Source: Amphiscolops sp. MND2022 (taxonomy: Eukaryota). From it: a stretch of DNA of 64,000 nucleotides. Below are positions 13,601 through 27,963 of this stretch, one piece after another. Below the pieces are notes generated by a model. It worked only from the letters and a program-made list of their open reading frames with translations, did no database searches and was not told the DNA's origin. The position numbers were made by a program, and so were the translations under genes. Position 1 is the stretch's first letter; each line of letters starts with the position of its first letter. The stretch lies in NCBI GenBank assembly GCA_964187785.1, contig OZ076409.1, positions 88,476,001 to 88,540,000 on the forward strand, given 5' to 3'.

Positions 13601-13740
13601 TGGTCACTGCAAGATTCAGGGTTGAGGCCAGAGAAATTATACTGATACCATGCACGTATTACCCTGACAGGGATAGTCCATTCCTGCTGAGGATTTTCTG
13701 TGATGCCAAAATGAACATTCAAACTTTCCAGGCTAAGTAA
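10641..13740 (+). CDS. Atypical calpain (CysPc + C2-like domain III, no penta-EF), catalytically inactive; exons 10641-11357, 11851-11960, 12339-~12650, 13414-13740
   Basis: Motifs FIDHDF, IRWLR, IVIDDQLP, EFWISFLEKAYAKVFGGYNAL, EDALADLTGG, HGYE|VTG, GAWSD, GEFFINYNDF, GQWTSAENAGG, NPQY and IPCTYYPDRDSPFLLRIF. GT-AG phases fit for the first two introns. The third donor and the 5' start are unresolved. Confidence 0.88.
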
Positions 13741-14103
13741 CTTTATTTGAAATTCGTTTAAACAAAGCTCTATTTTCAATAAAGTCTTCTTTTCTACTCT
13801 TCAACTTTTTTTGCTTGCCTATTATAAAGATGTTACAAGTTATCTCAGCAGGTAACAAGAATATAACTATCCCTCGATTATCAAAAACTTTCAAGACTCT
13901 CGGACAAGCAGAAACTAAATTTGGTTTTCAACTAGCTGAAAGCCCCTGGAATCAACCTTACTTCCTGAAATGCTTCTGTTACTACATGTTAGAAGCCACT
14001 TTTCTATCCTACTACATGCTAGAAGCCACCACATGTTAGAGTTTAGTGTTGGGCTGAAAGTTTTCAACTAATCGGATGAAAAAATACTTGAAAAACTAGT
14101 CTA

Positions 14104-14416
14104 AACAAGACGGGAATGTCTAAATTCGGCGCTAAACCTAAGGCTCCAAAAGCACGAAGTTTTTAAAATATGCCCAGGACATCTTTTAACATCCATTCTG
14201 TTGCAAAATATCAAAAAATGAAAAGGGACTCTTTGGAGACATTTAAAATTTTCGGAAAAAATCTCGCAAAGTCGAAAAAATTAGGGGGGAAAGTCTCAGA
14301 GTGCCATAAAAGTGCGCAGAGCGCACAAAAAGTGGACCATCCAGAGTGAAGCTGATAAAACAGCTAGTCACTGAAATAGTCGGGCTTTTTTCTCAAGGGA
14401 AGATTGCGCCGATTAA
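14104..14416 (-). mobile_element. HINE-like repeat family A copy
   Basis: aacaagacgggaatgtctaaattcggcgctaaacctaaggctcc ... gcgccgatt. Confidence 0.6.
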
Positions 14417-14981
14417 GAATGAAATGAATGGGAAGAATTTGAAAAAAGCCGTTTTTCTACAGAAATAGAAAAAATCCCAAAGCCGCTGTGCCTCTTCTTA
14501 TTCCGTGTTCTTGAAGCACACACTTTTGCAACAGTCTAGTTTTTTATTTTATCGAATTTACAAAACAAGACGCCCGCTGAGCATTTGAATTAATGAGCAC
14601 AGGACAATTTTTGCACTAAAATTATTATAGCCACATGATTTAGGGCTCAAGCATAACCAGCATAAAACTAGGAATTTAAAAAAAAAACAAAAATATGAAT
14701 TGAAAAACCAAGCTAAGTATTTTATTATTATGTTTTCAATATTTATGACCTTATTGGCCCTTATTCAAATGGTTTCAACAATTTACATACTATTGAAGGT
14801 TGCCATCGTTTTCAACTATGACTTTCTAATATTCTCACGGAAGCTAACGAAGCATCTCTCAAGGATACAAGAGGGGAAGGAGTTGAAGGGATGGGCTCCC
14901 ATCTACCAAAAGGTTCATTTTGATTTCCGAAAAAGAAATGTGTACTGTCAAGGGGTCCCACTTCGCTTGAGTACTCACCAA

Positions 14982-15191
14982 TGTAGAGATGAAAGTAGAA
15001 TAGTCTATACAGTCTTAATTAGAAGATTAAGTACCTGCCTATGAACTCCAAAGGACATTCCACATTGTTTAGTTGAAGCTAACTAGATCTTGAATACAAT
15101 ACGATAATCTGATGATACCGTTTGTATATGAGAACGTACTCTTTCTTAATTTGAACTTTCTTATCTTCACCCTTTTTACGAGTCTATAACA
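14982..15191 (+). repeat. 5' LTR
   Basis: tgtagagatgaaag...gagtctataaca; 10 substitutions against the 3' LTR by manual comparison. Confidence 0.95.
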
Positions 15192-18100
15192 TGGCGCAGT
15201 AATTGAAGAAAGAACAAGAAGAATCAATGGAAAACACGAACATCAATAATGGAACGAACCCAACGGCCGTCAACCAAACAACAGTCAAACGGACTGAAAG
15301 AAATAAATACAAGATCCCGATTTTGTCCGACAGAGAAACTGATCTATCAAAAACCAACCCCAGAATGTGGTGGGAGCAGATATCCGAATATATTGATTTG
15401 ACATACCAGAAAAAGCTGGAAGAGTTGATAGAGCAGGGAACTGACTCTATGGACCCGCACACAACATACCACATCAAGAGCGATGTCATGTGGGCACTTG
15501 GCCCAAAAGCAAAGCACGAGATCATGGTGGGCCAGTGGGGAAAACTACTGAAAGATATTAGCCTACAAGAACTTTTGAGACTATTCAAAAAGACCTTCTT
15601 ACCCACCAGAAACGTTTTTCATAGCAGGGCCAAATTCTTCAAATCAAACAAGAAGACGATGAGACATTGGATGAATATTGGAAACGGTTGGTAGATACTG
15701 AAAGGAAATGCGAGTTCAACACTATCACACCCGAAGACATCATTACCTATGAATTTGCAGAATCTATCAACGACAAGAAAGCCCGGGACAAATTTATCAA
15801 AGGCTCACTGAAACTACAGCTGATATTGGAGACCATAGAACTAGACAATTATAACCGTAAACACGGGGATAAACAAAGCAAAACAAAAAAACAGCGCAGC
15901 AATTCCTCGGAAAGTACATGCGAAGACGAACAAGTCAGATATACAAAACCCGCAACCGAGAAAAAAGCCACATTTACGGGTAAGAAGAAACTACCGAGAG
16001 AAACTGCCATTTCTGCGGAAAGGTCAATTGGACACCCGAACATATATGCTCAGCACGGAAAGCTAAATGCAACAATTGCAAAAAGTTGGGAACTTTGCCA
16101 AAGTCTGCCGAACCAAAGCCGTAAACCGGGTACAGGAAGAAGATACCGGCAGCAATACGGAGTCTTGGACAGAAATAGATCATATTTAATCCGTCAACGG
16201 CATAAATTGTGTAGATTTTTACAAAGCAATCCTATTGGTGGAGTGACAACCAATAGAATTCATCATTGACACAGGCTCTCCAGTGACGATACTTCCAACA
16301 ATTATCAATCCAAAAGAGATCAAAGTGACTTCAAAATGTTTCGTTGACATGAACAAAATCCCAATAAAATTCAAAGGTGAAGCGATGGTCGAAATCAAAA
16401 CGGAGAAAGCAAAAATAACACTACCTATCTTAATCACAGAGAAGAAAAATACACAACCCTTGCTGGGACTGGATTGGCTAGACAAACTGGAAATCGGCCT
16501 ACAAGGAAGCCACGAAACAAATATCATCCGAAACATAACCGCAAGCGAAAAAGGTGAGAAAATTTTCGAAGAGTTCGAAATCCTTTTTAAAAAGAACCAC
16601 ACAATAAACGACCTAACAATAGATATCCAATTGGAAAAAGACACAAAACCTATCCAACAAAAAGGGAGACCACTACCCATACACTTTCACGAACTAGAAA
16701 AGTTAATCGAAAAAGGACACTTGGAGGAAGCCGACAAAACGACCGAAAATTGCTTCGTTTCACCAGCCGTCATAACAATCAAAAAAGATAAATCGGTGAA
16801 AATCGCATTGGATTCTCGAAAACTAAACGAATCCTGCATAAAGAGAAAGGCAACAATGCCAAACATGGAAGAACCAATCAGCAAAATAATCGCGAAAATC
16901 ACAAAAAGTAACGGCGAAGTATGGATGTCCAAAATCGACTTAGATTACGCTTACGGGCAGGCAAAACTATCCACAGAAGCGTCAAGACACTGCGTGTTCT
17001 CAATTATCGGCGGTGATTTTACCGGACACTACCGGTTCAAGAAGGGACTTTACGGCCTATCGGATATCCCTACCGTGTTTCAAGAACACATGGACAAAGT
17101 TCTAGAGTTTAAAACACCAGTCTGGTTAGATGACATTATTTGCGTTACAAACGAAACGATAGAGGAACACGAACAAGAACTCCGCGAAGTACTATCAAAA
17201 CTACAAGAAGCCGGTTATCGAGCGAGTGATAGAAAAACAGAACTATTTAAAAAAGAACTAACCTAGTTGGGATACCAGATAAATCAAAACGGATTTAAAC
17301 CAATTCAAGATGAAACAAGAAGCAATTACGAAATTAAAAGCTCCCACAAATACTAAAGAACTGAAATCTTTTCTGGGCTCGATACAATATTTGTCTAAGT
17401 TTTTGAATAACCTATCCAAAAAGACTGACAGGATGAGGAGACTATTGAAAAAAGACGTAAAATGGGAATGGACAAAAGAAATAACTGATGATTTTGAACA
17501 ATTGAAAAAGAAAATAACTGAGGCACCATGCCTAGCACATATTGATCCAAAAAAGAATAACGTCATAACAACAGATGCCTGTATTGGCACCGTATGGCAA
17601 AAAGAAGGCGAAATTATTAAACCCGTGGCCTTTGCAAGTAGATTCCTTACCGATTGCAAAAGAATCATGCCATAAACGAATTGGAATTACAAGGTGTCCT
17701 ATGGGGCCTCAAATATTTCAGGTATTACGTATACGGAAAGAAAGTAAAGATCCTGACCAATCATCAAGCACTGCAACCACTACTAAAGTGTAATCGAGCC
17801 CATTAACAATATTGTGCGAGACTCACACGGTGGTTAGACCGATTGAGCCTTTTCGATGTGAATGTGCAATACACCGCAGGCAAGAATATTCCGTTAACGG
17901 AAAATCTAAGCCGACACCCGATCACTCACGAACACGAAGCGGAAGCACCATGCTAAAATGAAGAAAGAGAGACCGAAGAGGAATTCGTAATCAATCAGAT
18001 ATACGGCCTATTGGAGTTCAACCGCGCGAACGGCAGTATTACGCAACACATACGACGACTGTCATCGGCATCAAAATCCGACCAATCACAACACAGGAAA

Positions 18101-20203
18101 CGAACACGTGAACAAACCAACAACAGAAGTTCAATTCAAACTCTTCCACCGCGAAACAACAGCGAATCGTCAAACAGCGCAAACTTTAAAAAAAATTCCG
18201 CAAATGTCAAAAATGGACAAAGTCAATCGAATCGACGTCGAATTTTTCATTAAAAAATGGGGACACTCCCCAGAAACAAACAAACTTCGCTCCGAGAGAA
18301 ATAAATTTCCTTAACCAAACAGGACTAGAATAGTGATGAAAGGCTGCGAAAACGAGCGCCTACAACAGTACCGTCCCTCACAACAAGACAGGAAAGAGAT
18401 CAAACGAATTAACATCATGATTTACAATCGATTCTTTCATTATTGCGAGAGTCTGGGGACCTCGCCCTTGAGAGAATTTAATGAGAACATTCACGAGTCC
18501 TGGACCAACGCATCGTCTAATTAGCCAAATAAGCCACGTAAAAACAGAGAATTGCCCGACGAACATCCTGAGAAAATTCAAAAAACACGAAAGAGTAAAT
18601 CTCATTAGATTGAAAGAGACCGCTAAAAAAAGACTCTGCCAGAAAACAGGAACGAAAAAACCGCAGAGACGATCAAAAGGGCAGAACAAAATTTTGCAAT
18701 GGATTTGCCAATGCTAGTCGAAGAGACAGCATAGGACGCCAAAACAGTAGATGCGATCATCGCCTTGGAAGCCAGAAAAATCGATGGTATTTTCTACCCT
18801 TACCGCACACATCGCGAACATCTTGAAGCCCTCTTCGAATTATTGTTTTACAACGACCGAATCGTTATTCCAGAAGCGTTGAGATCAACGATAATCGCCA
18901 TGCTGCATCATGTCCATGTATCCATTAACAAAATGGACAAATCCGCAGAAGAATTCTGGTGGCCAGGCCTTCATCGCGAGATCAGGAAGAAAGCAGAAAA
19001 CTGTCCCAGTTGCCGAGCTGCAGGTAAGATCTTATTAACACAATTACCACAGTCGGAGAAAATTTAACTCGAAATTTCAACCGAACCTGGCCAGGAAATC
19101 CAATTTGATTTCGCCGTCCCGATAAAATCAAAATCTCGCGGAGATGTTTATATTTTAGTCTCGATCGACCGTTTTAGCAAGTGACCTACGGCTCAAATTT
19201 GTAAAAATACGGACTCACGGTCCGTAATAAAATTTTTAATAAAATATTGTACCGACAACGGAACGCGGCCATACGTACCGATAGCGGCAGTTGCTTCAAA
19301 AGCCAAGAAATTAAAGACTACTGTAACGGTTAAAACATTAAGAGAATACGCTGTACTCCAAATTTACACACGGGAACCGGATTGGTCGAATGAACAATTC
19401 GCACAATTAAGTCATTAACTGGGGCTAATTTGGACGATGGCTTCACCTTTGAAGAAAGTGTATGCATGGCAATTAAAACAATTAGACAAACACCACATAA
19501 TACTTTGAAAATGACACCTTTTCAATTACACTACGGGAGAAAACCACGCACGCCCATCACCAACCTGATTGGTCAGCCAACCAGCCTATTATCGGACTGG
19601 AACAAACCACTAACAAATTACATTTTAGCACAACCTGCAGAGCTACAAGTTTTCACGATTCGTGACTCCGATGGAAAACTGGCGGACTACTTGGTATCCA
19701 ATGAGTCAAGAAAGAGGGGTCGATCGGTACGCGACAATGTTGAAAATTACCAGTTCTTTAAAAAAGAAACCAAACCAAATGCAATAAAATGTAGACTTAA
19801 AACTGACAAAACTTTAACTGCGGCTAAAAAAAACAAACATACTATAACAACTACTGATGGGAACACCATCCATAAGAAACTGGAATCTAATCCCCTTAAA
19901 TTTCAGCCACCAAAGAAAGCAGACGAAACAAGAAAACCTACCGAACGATGTACAAGATGCGGGCGTTTCAGCAATGAAGACCTGTGTGATACGCATAAAA
20001 GAGTCAAATCGGAACAGCAAAAACAATCAACAAGCACCGAGAAATTCCCGACAATGCCAGCCAAACAGACCGAAAAAATTCCGGATATCACTATAATTTC
20101 CGACAGTCAGTCCTCTCAAGCCGAAGTTACCGTTCACGGCAGACATCGACCCAGAAATCACCGTTACGGCCGATATCAAATATGGCGACGGCAACACAGA
20201 TAA
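15192..20203 (+). pseudogene. gag-pol of the LTR element, with multiple stops and frameshifts
   Basis: gag fragments 15203-16269 with CCHC knuckles. Protease FIIDTGSPV at ~16260. RT with KIDLDYAYGQ, YGLSDIP and VWLDDI. RNase H with TDA...PVAFASR. Integrase with LHH.H...WWPG...CPSC. In-frame stops, e.g. TAG at 17264-17266. Confidence 0.9.
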
Positions 20204-20655
20204 AAAAGTAGACAAGCCCGAAGACAGCCAAACACCAGCAATTCCGCCACCGGTCAGCTGTAGCACAGAACTGGCACAATGTCGTACCACCAAAGATGCG
20301 GATCAAACCCCAACCGGATCACCGCAAAAGGACTCGATTTCAGTGAATAAATGTGAATAAGGGTAATTAACTCCATGATAAATATGGGAGAATTTAATAT
20401 AGAGGGCGGGGAAACGACAAAAAATATAGAGGGGGAAAAGGGGGTCCGCAGATCAAATAGAATTAAGACTGCAAAAAGAGTAGAAAAAATGGGTGGTATA
20501 GAGTATTTCTGCCAACCTCTGAATTATTCTAGATCCAAAGTCAAAGAACCAAAAGAGGGTCATACATTTCACCCGCAGCACAGCTACCAAAAAAATGGAC
20601 CCAAGAACATTCGAGAAGCTCCTGATTGGTTCCCATAATCCCGAAGAGGGGGGAA

Positions 20656-20865
20656 TGTAGAGGTGAAAGTAGAATAGTCTAGACAGTCTGAATTAGAAGC
20701 TTAAGTACCTGCTTATGAACTCCAAAGGACATTCCACACTGTTTAGTTGAAGCTAATTAGATCTTGAATACAATACGATAATCGGATGATACAGTTTGTA
20801 TATGAGAACGTACTCTTTCTTAATTTGAACTTTCTTATCTTCACCCCTTTTACGAGTCTATAACA
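20656..20865 (+). repeat. 3' LTR
   Basis: Direct repeat of 14982-15191, preceded by a polypurine tract. Confidence 0.95.
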
Positions 20866-23501
20866 ACCAACCTGTCCCAGTCTGTTACGGCTAATAGTAA
20901 TAACGGGCATTTTCCTTTCTGTCATGGAGAACACCGCTTAGTTGGCTTTTAGAATGGTTTGGTTTGGTGATAACTAGTATAAATTCTTTCTCACAGGTAC
21001 AAGATTAGTATTACATCTTGGCTTTTAAGGTGTCGTTGATTGAGTTTCTTGCTTTCTGCAAAATGTCTTTCTGCAAGCGGTATTCTCACGTTCTTTTGTC
21101 ATTGCTGTCTCTCGTCGCGCTTGTGATGCTCCGCCATCTTCAATTCAGGGGACAGGTTTAAACATGCTGGATGTCGACGTCACTTCGAAATTTTTAGACC
21201 TCATTTGTAATTATCCAGTATGCTAAGGTCTGCCAGAATGTGACGTTACAGAAACTTTGATGCGTTTATTTTTCCTTGTTGTTTTCTACTTTTGTCCAGC
21301 TGCTTGAGAGAAGCATCGTAATTTTGCGGCAATTCAAATATCTGAAATTTTGCGGGTTATACTAAAAATCGGTTGTAATTTTAGATGCAACTACGACGAT
21401 ATCAACTTTATCCCCCATCCATTTCATGGCGATTTGACTCCATTTACAATACAAACTAGCCCAACCGTCAACATGTCATTTGCGGTGATTGTAGAATCGG
21501 TCTCTATATCAGATGAGTAGTCGAGTAATCAAAGGTTTAAAACAACGTGATCGTGGCAAAAACGAAGTTGGAAATATTTTCGATTTCAATAAGTTACAGT
21601 TCTAGAAATTGTGACATAAAAACTTACTCATTTTTTTGGCTTTATAAAAAATGACCCCTTAATGCAGGCTTGCAACGTTTAAGAAGGTTCAGCAGTCTCT
21701 ATTTGGGCTGAAATTGCCTGAAATGGTCAAAAGTTTGTTGGAAAATTTCAAATATGTTGATAAATACAATAGCTGCGAGCAAAAATCTTTCGTCGCAAAA
21801 ATCTTTCGTCGAAAAAACTTCTTCACTATCTTCCTAGTATAAAACTGGGTCATAGAAAATTTTAAGAAAATAAGCAATGCTAGGAGATTAATTTTCCTTT
21901 CGAAAATAATCCGGGGAAAAATCCGTACACGATTAGTACCCACACAATCATTTTTGATGAGTGAAGCCTCAAATGTTTGCATAGGAATTCTTTTTGTATT
22001 CCGCTACTGCAGCAGAGCCTCGCTGTCGACTAATATAGCTTAGCTTAGCTTAATAAAAATTTTTGAGAACATTTATTGCTTCACTTTATATCTTTCATCT
22101 ATTTGCTTTTTTGCATCAATGTTTCAGCTTTTGTGAGTTTATTTAAAAAAGATGCGATTTTTGAGCTGCTTGAGCCCCAGGTGAAAATGTCAGGAAAATA
22201 TTTGCGAGCTTCAAATGTTGAACATTGTAAATGTTGCAGAAACCCACATGTTCGTTACTTTGGCTTTGTTACATCCAATTAAAAGCACATATTTTCCATT
22301 TTCATATCGATTCATACAAAGCATATGATATTTACCATATTTTCGCAAACGAAACATTATCAGCAGGAAGTTAAGCTGGGAATAACAAAGCGCTTATAAC
22401 GTGTATATTAAAATAACATCACATTAAAGTATATCTATATACTTGTAACCGCACTTTCGTGCCGCTTCAATTGTTGGAAAAATGGAAGTAATCAAATTTA
22501 TTCATTAGCTATATTTCACATAAAAGGCATCATTTTTCTTGAGTAAAAGACAGAAATATCGATTTTTGAAAAAAGAAACTGCATGAACCAACAAACTGCG
22601 TTTGAAAATAGCTCCTCGGTTGCCTAGCTAACTGAACGCCTGCAACATTGAGAAAGATAATCACAGTCATTTTTTCGTTTCACTGTACCTAGTCAAATTT
22701 CCATAATTTTGATAAATTAAAGTTCAATGTTAAAAGTTTTCAGCTCCCTCCATTGAATTCAAGTCAAATTTCTTGGTGTTGTTGAAATACTTCTAACTAC
22801 CTCGTGATTATCTTTCTGCCAAACACTTGAATTCTTCCTGAAACTTAACGATGGGCAAAGAGATTGCTGGTTAGTTATTTTAGGAGATACGAAAACGTTC
22901 AGTTGTTTTGTGGATCTTTTGGTTTTTTAGCATTTTAGTAACAATTTTTTTATTCCGTGCTATAAATGTTTAGAGCCAAATTCCAAACTCTTAATCTGAG
23001 CTTTGCTTTCAAGTTCGAAAGAATGGGGTTATAGACGTGTATAAACGTATGTAATTCTACAATTTATATTAGCATACAGCATTGCTCGTATAATACAAGT
23101 AGTCGTCCTGTTTTATACCCAAACTGTAACTACCTTCAAGTTTTTTCGAAATCGAGAAAATTTACCAATAATTCTTTTCTTCAAATGGTCACCTTTTGAA
23201 TTCACTCGAAAAGTCCAAAAGTATTTCAAAATGGCACCAGTTGATATCATACATCAGTGTTGTTGTTCGAGGCAGTCACTTATTCACTTTGTCAAAAACC
23301 TTGTTCACGGTCCTTTTTCCCAGCAACTTATTCCCATCGATTTTACGTTAATATGATAAGTAATAATAGCCGAGCCAAGTACTTCAGTTCTTAAGCTACG
23401 GATTTCTGATGTGATTTGTTTTTCCACTCTGAACGTTTGCAAAAGTTTCTCATATTTGGTGGAAAGATCAAAGATAATGCATTCGGGCATAACGAATTTC
23501 C

Positions 23502-23611
23502 GAAAAACCGAAAATCGCCAATCAAAATTGAAAACGAGATTTCCTCAAAAAAAGGTTTCTTTTTTTGAGGAAATCTCGTTTTCAATTTTGATTGGTGATT
23601 TTCAGTTTTTC
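23502..23611. repeat. 110-bp near-perfect palindrome
   Basis: 53-bp arms (23502-23554 and 23559-23611) with 2 mismatches and a 4-nt loop GTTT. Confidence 0.9.
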
Positions 23612-24010
23612 TTTCTTGTCTGATAACAGACATCACTCTGATTAAACCACTTTTTACTGATTTTACGCCAAAGACTCAAGGGATATTCAAAAAGCAATGA
23701 GTCCACCCTTCCATTCTTTTTCATTCTGAGGTGGGAAACGCCATTTTATGAGCTATCTTTTTACGGCAATTTTTTCCCAAAGAACTTTGCCCAATTTTAC
23801 TTTTTTTTGCTGTTTTTAATTAAAGAAAAGCATAAAATGCTCCTTCCCTTTGGGCATTTTTGGCACTCTTATATTTGTGAGACTTTACTTGAATAAAAAC
23901 CACAAGAGCATATTTTAAAAACTTTGCAGTTCTTGAGCCTTCAACGAGGTGTCAACTTCAGAAATTCCTGTCTTGTTTTTAATTATCTTTCGCTAGATTT
24001 TCATCTTGAT

Positions 24011-24478
24011 TTTTAGTCGGCGCTTGATAGTGAAACGCAACTATACTAGTGATACGAACTGAAAATAGTTCTACTGAGTACTAAGAAATTTGAGGTGTCA
24101 AATTGGACCATTTGGCCCAAGGAACTGAATTATTAAAGTTGTTCCTTTTTTCAGCGTAACATACAATACCGAACGAAGCTGAAGGGTCCCCAACTTTCAG
24201 TTTTTCCGGCATTGTGAGACATATTCTCGAAAAAAAATATTGTCTCCAAAAGGCCCCTTCAATTTGTTCGATATTTTGCAACCGAAAGGATGTTAAAAAT
24301 CCGAAAGGGTCCCCCTTTTAGCGCACCGGGAGCCTCGCTAGCGGACCCACGGCGCGCCAATTCGGCCCAACTTTTTGGTTTTTCGGGTTTTGTAGAAGGG
24401 AATGCTTGACACTTTGAAGTCCTTGTGCTATTTTCGACCTTTAGGTATGGAGCCGACTTATGCTGTTCCCGGCTTGTT
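24011..24478 (+). mobile_element. HINE-like repeat family A copy, opposite orientation
   Basis: ttttagtcggcgc ... ttaggtatggagccgacttatgctgttcccggcttgtt: T-run, sub-TIR, inverted sub-TIR, short hairpin, CTTGTT end. Confidence 0.65.
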
Positions 24479-27400
24479 TAAAACATGTCGAGATTCTTCC
24501 CTGTTAAAGCCCCAAGCCTACAAGCATAAACTTTGGTTCCCCCAAGGACTGATTATAGCTTGTTTCGGCTGGTTTTGTGATCTGTCCTAATCTTTTGTTT
24601 ACGCGTTCAGTTGAGAGTACAAACCCGACTACATTCGGACGTTGAAAAATTGCAAAACGATATTCAAATTTGCTTTCTAAAATAAACGTGCTTTCATAAT
24701 CTCGATCCTTATTGGTTAATTCCAAAGGTTAGACAATCAAAAGTAACATAATATAGGTTCCAGATTAACATACGCTAATAAAAGGCTATACTAGAAGTAA
24801 CAAAATGAATATGTTGCCTCGCAAAGCCGCAACATTCCAATCTTAAAGCAGTGGTCTGCGGATGAAAGAATAAACGTAAATGTCCAGTTTTAAACTTTGA
24901 GTTTACTAAAAAGTACTGTGATGAAGAAATTGTCCCCAAATGCGCTAATAGTCGTTACCAACCAATTAAATTGTTTTTCTTTCACTTTTAATTTTCATTG
25001 GCACATTTAGTGAAATCTCAGGCTTAAAAAGAACACTTCAGATATTTTCTCAGTTTTGAGCACTGGTTTTTGAGAAAAAACTTTCGAAATTATAGCTTCT
25101 GTGGATTCTGCTCATTGTCTAGTTTTCACTGCGAAAATTTATTTTCCTGATTTTCTTAATACATGTAAATTGTGGAATTGTTAGCTTTTGCACCTAATAT
25201 TTCGAGATCAGAAAAAGTCCTTGGCAGCAGTAGATTGGAAGGTTTTAATCGAGTACTTAACGTGCCAACAAAATTGTAGGTAAAACAGTCGAAAATTGGA
25301 AAAACGGCAAAACGCTCTAATTTTGCTAAAAACCAGCTAATTGTAACTTTCCACAATTTTGTCGCAGAAATTCCTTTTATAACATTGATGTAAATTAAAT
25401 AAAAGAAGTTAGATTGTTAACATACCTACACGTAAAGTAAATTACAGTAGCTTTCGAAAATATCGCAATCTCATTGCTTAAAATGGCGAAGTTCAAAACC
25501 AAATATCTCGTAAATTGTTTCGTATACTAAAATTTTCCAGCTACGAAAGTTTCTTAGAATTTTATCCAGTTTATCAAAATGTTTGTTTGAAATTTCTGCG
25601 ACAAAAAATACAAAAGTTAGAAATTGTATATCTAACAAAATTTTATCAAATTTGCACTTTTTCTTGATTTTCACAACGTTGAAAAAAAATTCTGAAAATT
25701 TTTCAATCAATCATTTGCCCCCAAACCTCCCGAGGACGCTGATATGACTGGATTGAAAATTTTTTCGATTTCAAACAAAAATCATCAATTTTCTGAATAC
25801 AATTCTTATAGCCTATCTTAATACATGTACTTCAGTTATATAGTTCATTTTTTTCTGATTCGAAACAAATTCTCCATCAAAAAAATTCAGTGGGTTCGGG
25901 AGATTATAGGGAGTCACCGAATATTTAAAAAATCCAAAAAATTTACGTCTAAGCAATTCAATTTTCGAAAAAACTCAAATTTCGATTGAAATATTCAAAA
26001 GTTTGAATTTTCTACCTTTTTTGGTGAAGGTCGTTGAAATTTCAAACACACACAAATTTATAAATTAGATAAAATTCTAAGGAATTTTCCTAGCTGACAA
26101 TTTTTGGGATTTGTGACTGTTTTAGAGATATTTGGATTTGAAATTTGCAATTTTAAGCAATGTAGTGGCGATATTTTAGAACACAATTGTATCTCGTTAG
26201 GGATGTTAACGAGAGTTACGTTGTATCGATAGTTCGTTATGACAACGTCCGACTGTATTTGTAAACAAGGTGCTAAGTAGCTTTCACTTTTTACGTCAAG
26301 CATTCTGAATGAAGCTTTCATTCGTAATCACATCTTCAACTAGCATGTTTTAAACCCTCTGCGATAGTCTAGACCTCTCCACCAGTCACTTTTTCGCACT
26401 TCTGATGTGTGAAAGTTTATTAATATCGAATGTGTGAAAGAAGTCTTGTCAAATTGAATGATTGACAAGCTAAGTTGTTTTGAAATTTTTGTTGACAAAT
26501 ATTTGACAGTTTCAGCACAAAATATGTATGGTTTTTTGGTTGAGTTCCGTGATTTGCAGGTGCATAGAGTTGGTTTCATGGCCTGAAGGTACCTGAAGGT
26601 ACCTTTGTAGTAGCAAACTTAGACCTTTTTTATTGTCCATCTGAGTTTTTTGAACTTTTCTGAGAGCTTGAAGTGGTCAATCGAAAGTTCAAGAATGATA
26701 TTCAAACTTTTATGTTTTCAAACTAAGTTATAAATCTGTTGCCAAAACAAAATCTACAGTCTATAAAATTGTTACCAATGATTTTGCCATTGGTTAAGGA
26801 GTGGCTGTTTTCAACCAAATAAACCTCGTCGGAATTTCTACCGGGAGTAAATCATGTTGAAAATGAATAAATCTGGTTTGCTTCATGGGTCATGCTTTCA
26901 TTTTGATGTTGCGAGTAAAACAGCCGTTTCAGTGACATGGTTTGAATTTATTATCTTAAACTTTGAATTGAACGGCAAGGAATGTTTCCGGATTATGATT
27001 CAGATTCGTAGAAACTTCTCACCCGGAAAGAATCCAATGTTTGAAGTCATGTTTGAATTAGCAGAGGATGAAAAATGTTATCCAATGAAAACGAACCACA
27101 TCATCGAATCAACTAAGCAAAAATGATCTTTCTATAACATTATTAATACTAACTTCAGACATCTTCCGCGTGAAATATTAAACTTCCAGTTTCCTTAGCG
27201 CCAATTTTTTGGTAGAACGGTTGATTGCGACATAAAGTATCAGCTAGGAACAGCCTAAATTGGCACGCCGCTCAATGGTCGAAATGCGTTGACGCTTTTC
27301 AATTTAGCACTGGAATCGGTTTTTAATGACCTCAAAAATTAATCATAATTTTTTTTTAAAAAAAGCGGAATTTCACGGACAAAAAAATCACTTTTTTCAC

Positions 27401-27963
27401 ACTAATTTCAAGTAACAGCAATCTTCGTCGAAACTTTCGTGAAGTCTACATTTAGATTGTGTTTTTATTGGGTAAATGCATTAGTAGAATTGGGCAAAAA
27501 TAAAGTTGTCATTGAGTGAAAATTCTAACCGAAAAGTCAACAAAAAGCCCTTTCAATTAATTTTGATTGCCGATCTCGCGAAAATGTCACAAATTTTTGC
27601 GCTTTGTATTGAGGCGCTTCTTACTAGGGCGCTTATTCATGTTCACGGCGAAAACGACTCAAATTGAATTGTATTAGTTGTTCGAACATTTAGATATCTT
27701 TGAAGCTTTCAATTTTGTGGATATATGAAAGTCAGATATGTTTGAGGATTGATTATTTTTAGCAGTGACGCTCACGAACGCGCACTGTTAAACAGAAATT
27801 TGTTCTACGAAAAACTGGAGAGTAAAATTGAAAAAAGCTGATACGTAAGTGAAGCACATGAGAATAAATTAGTTTCTAACGTTTTGCGACTAACCCAAGA
27901 AACTAGTTCCGAGTAATCAATTTATCTCTCCTATTGTTGTGTTTAGCACCCACCCCTGGCAAG

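Larger units (their letters stand above)
14982..20865 (+). mobile_element. Full-length, decayed Ty3/Gypsy LTR retrotransposon
   Basis: 210-bp LTRs (TG...CA) at 14982-15191 and 20656-20865. 5-bp TSD ACCAA at 14977-14981 and 20866-20870. PBS-like TGGCGCAGT at 15192 and PPT gaagaggggggaa at 20643-20655. Domain order is gag-PR-RT-RH-IN. Confidence 0.95.

Noticed and set aside
23391..23636. Pair of similar ORFs on opposite strands
   Set aside because: An artefact of the 110-bp palindrome.
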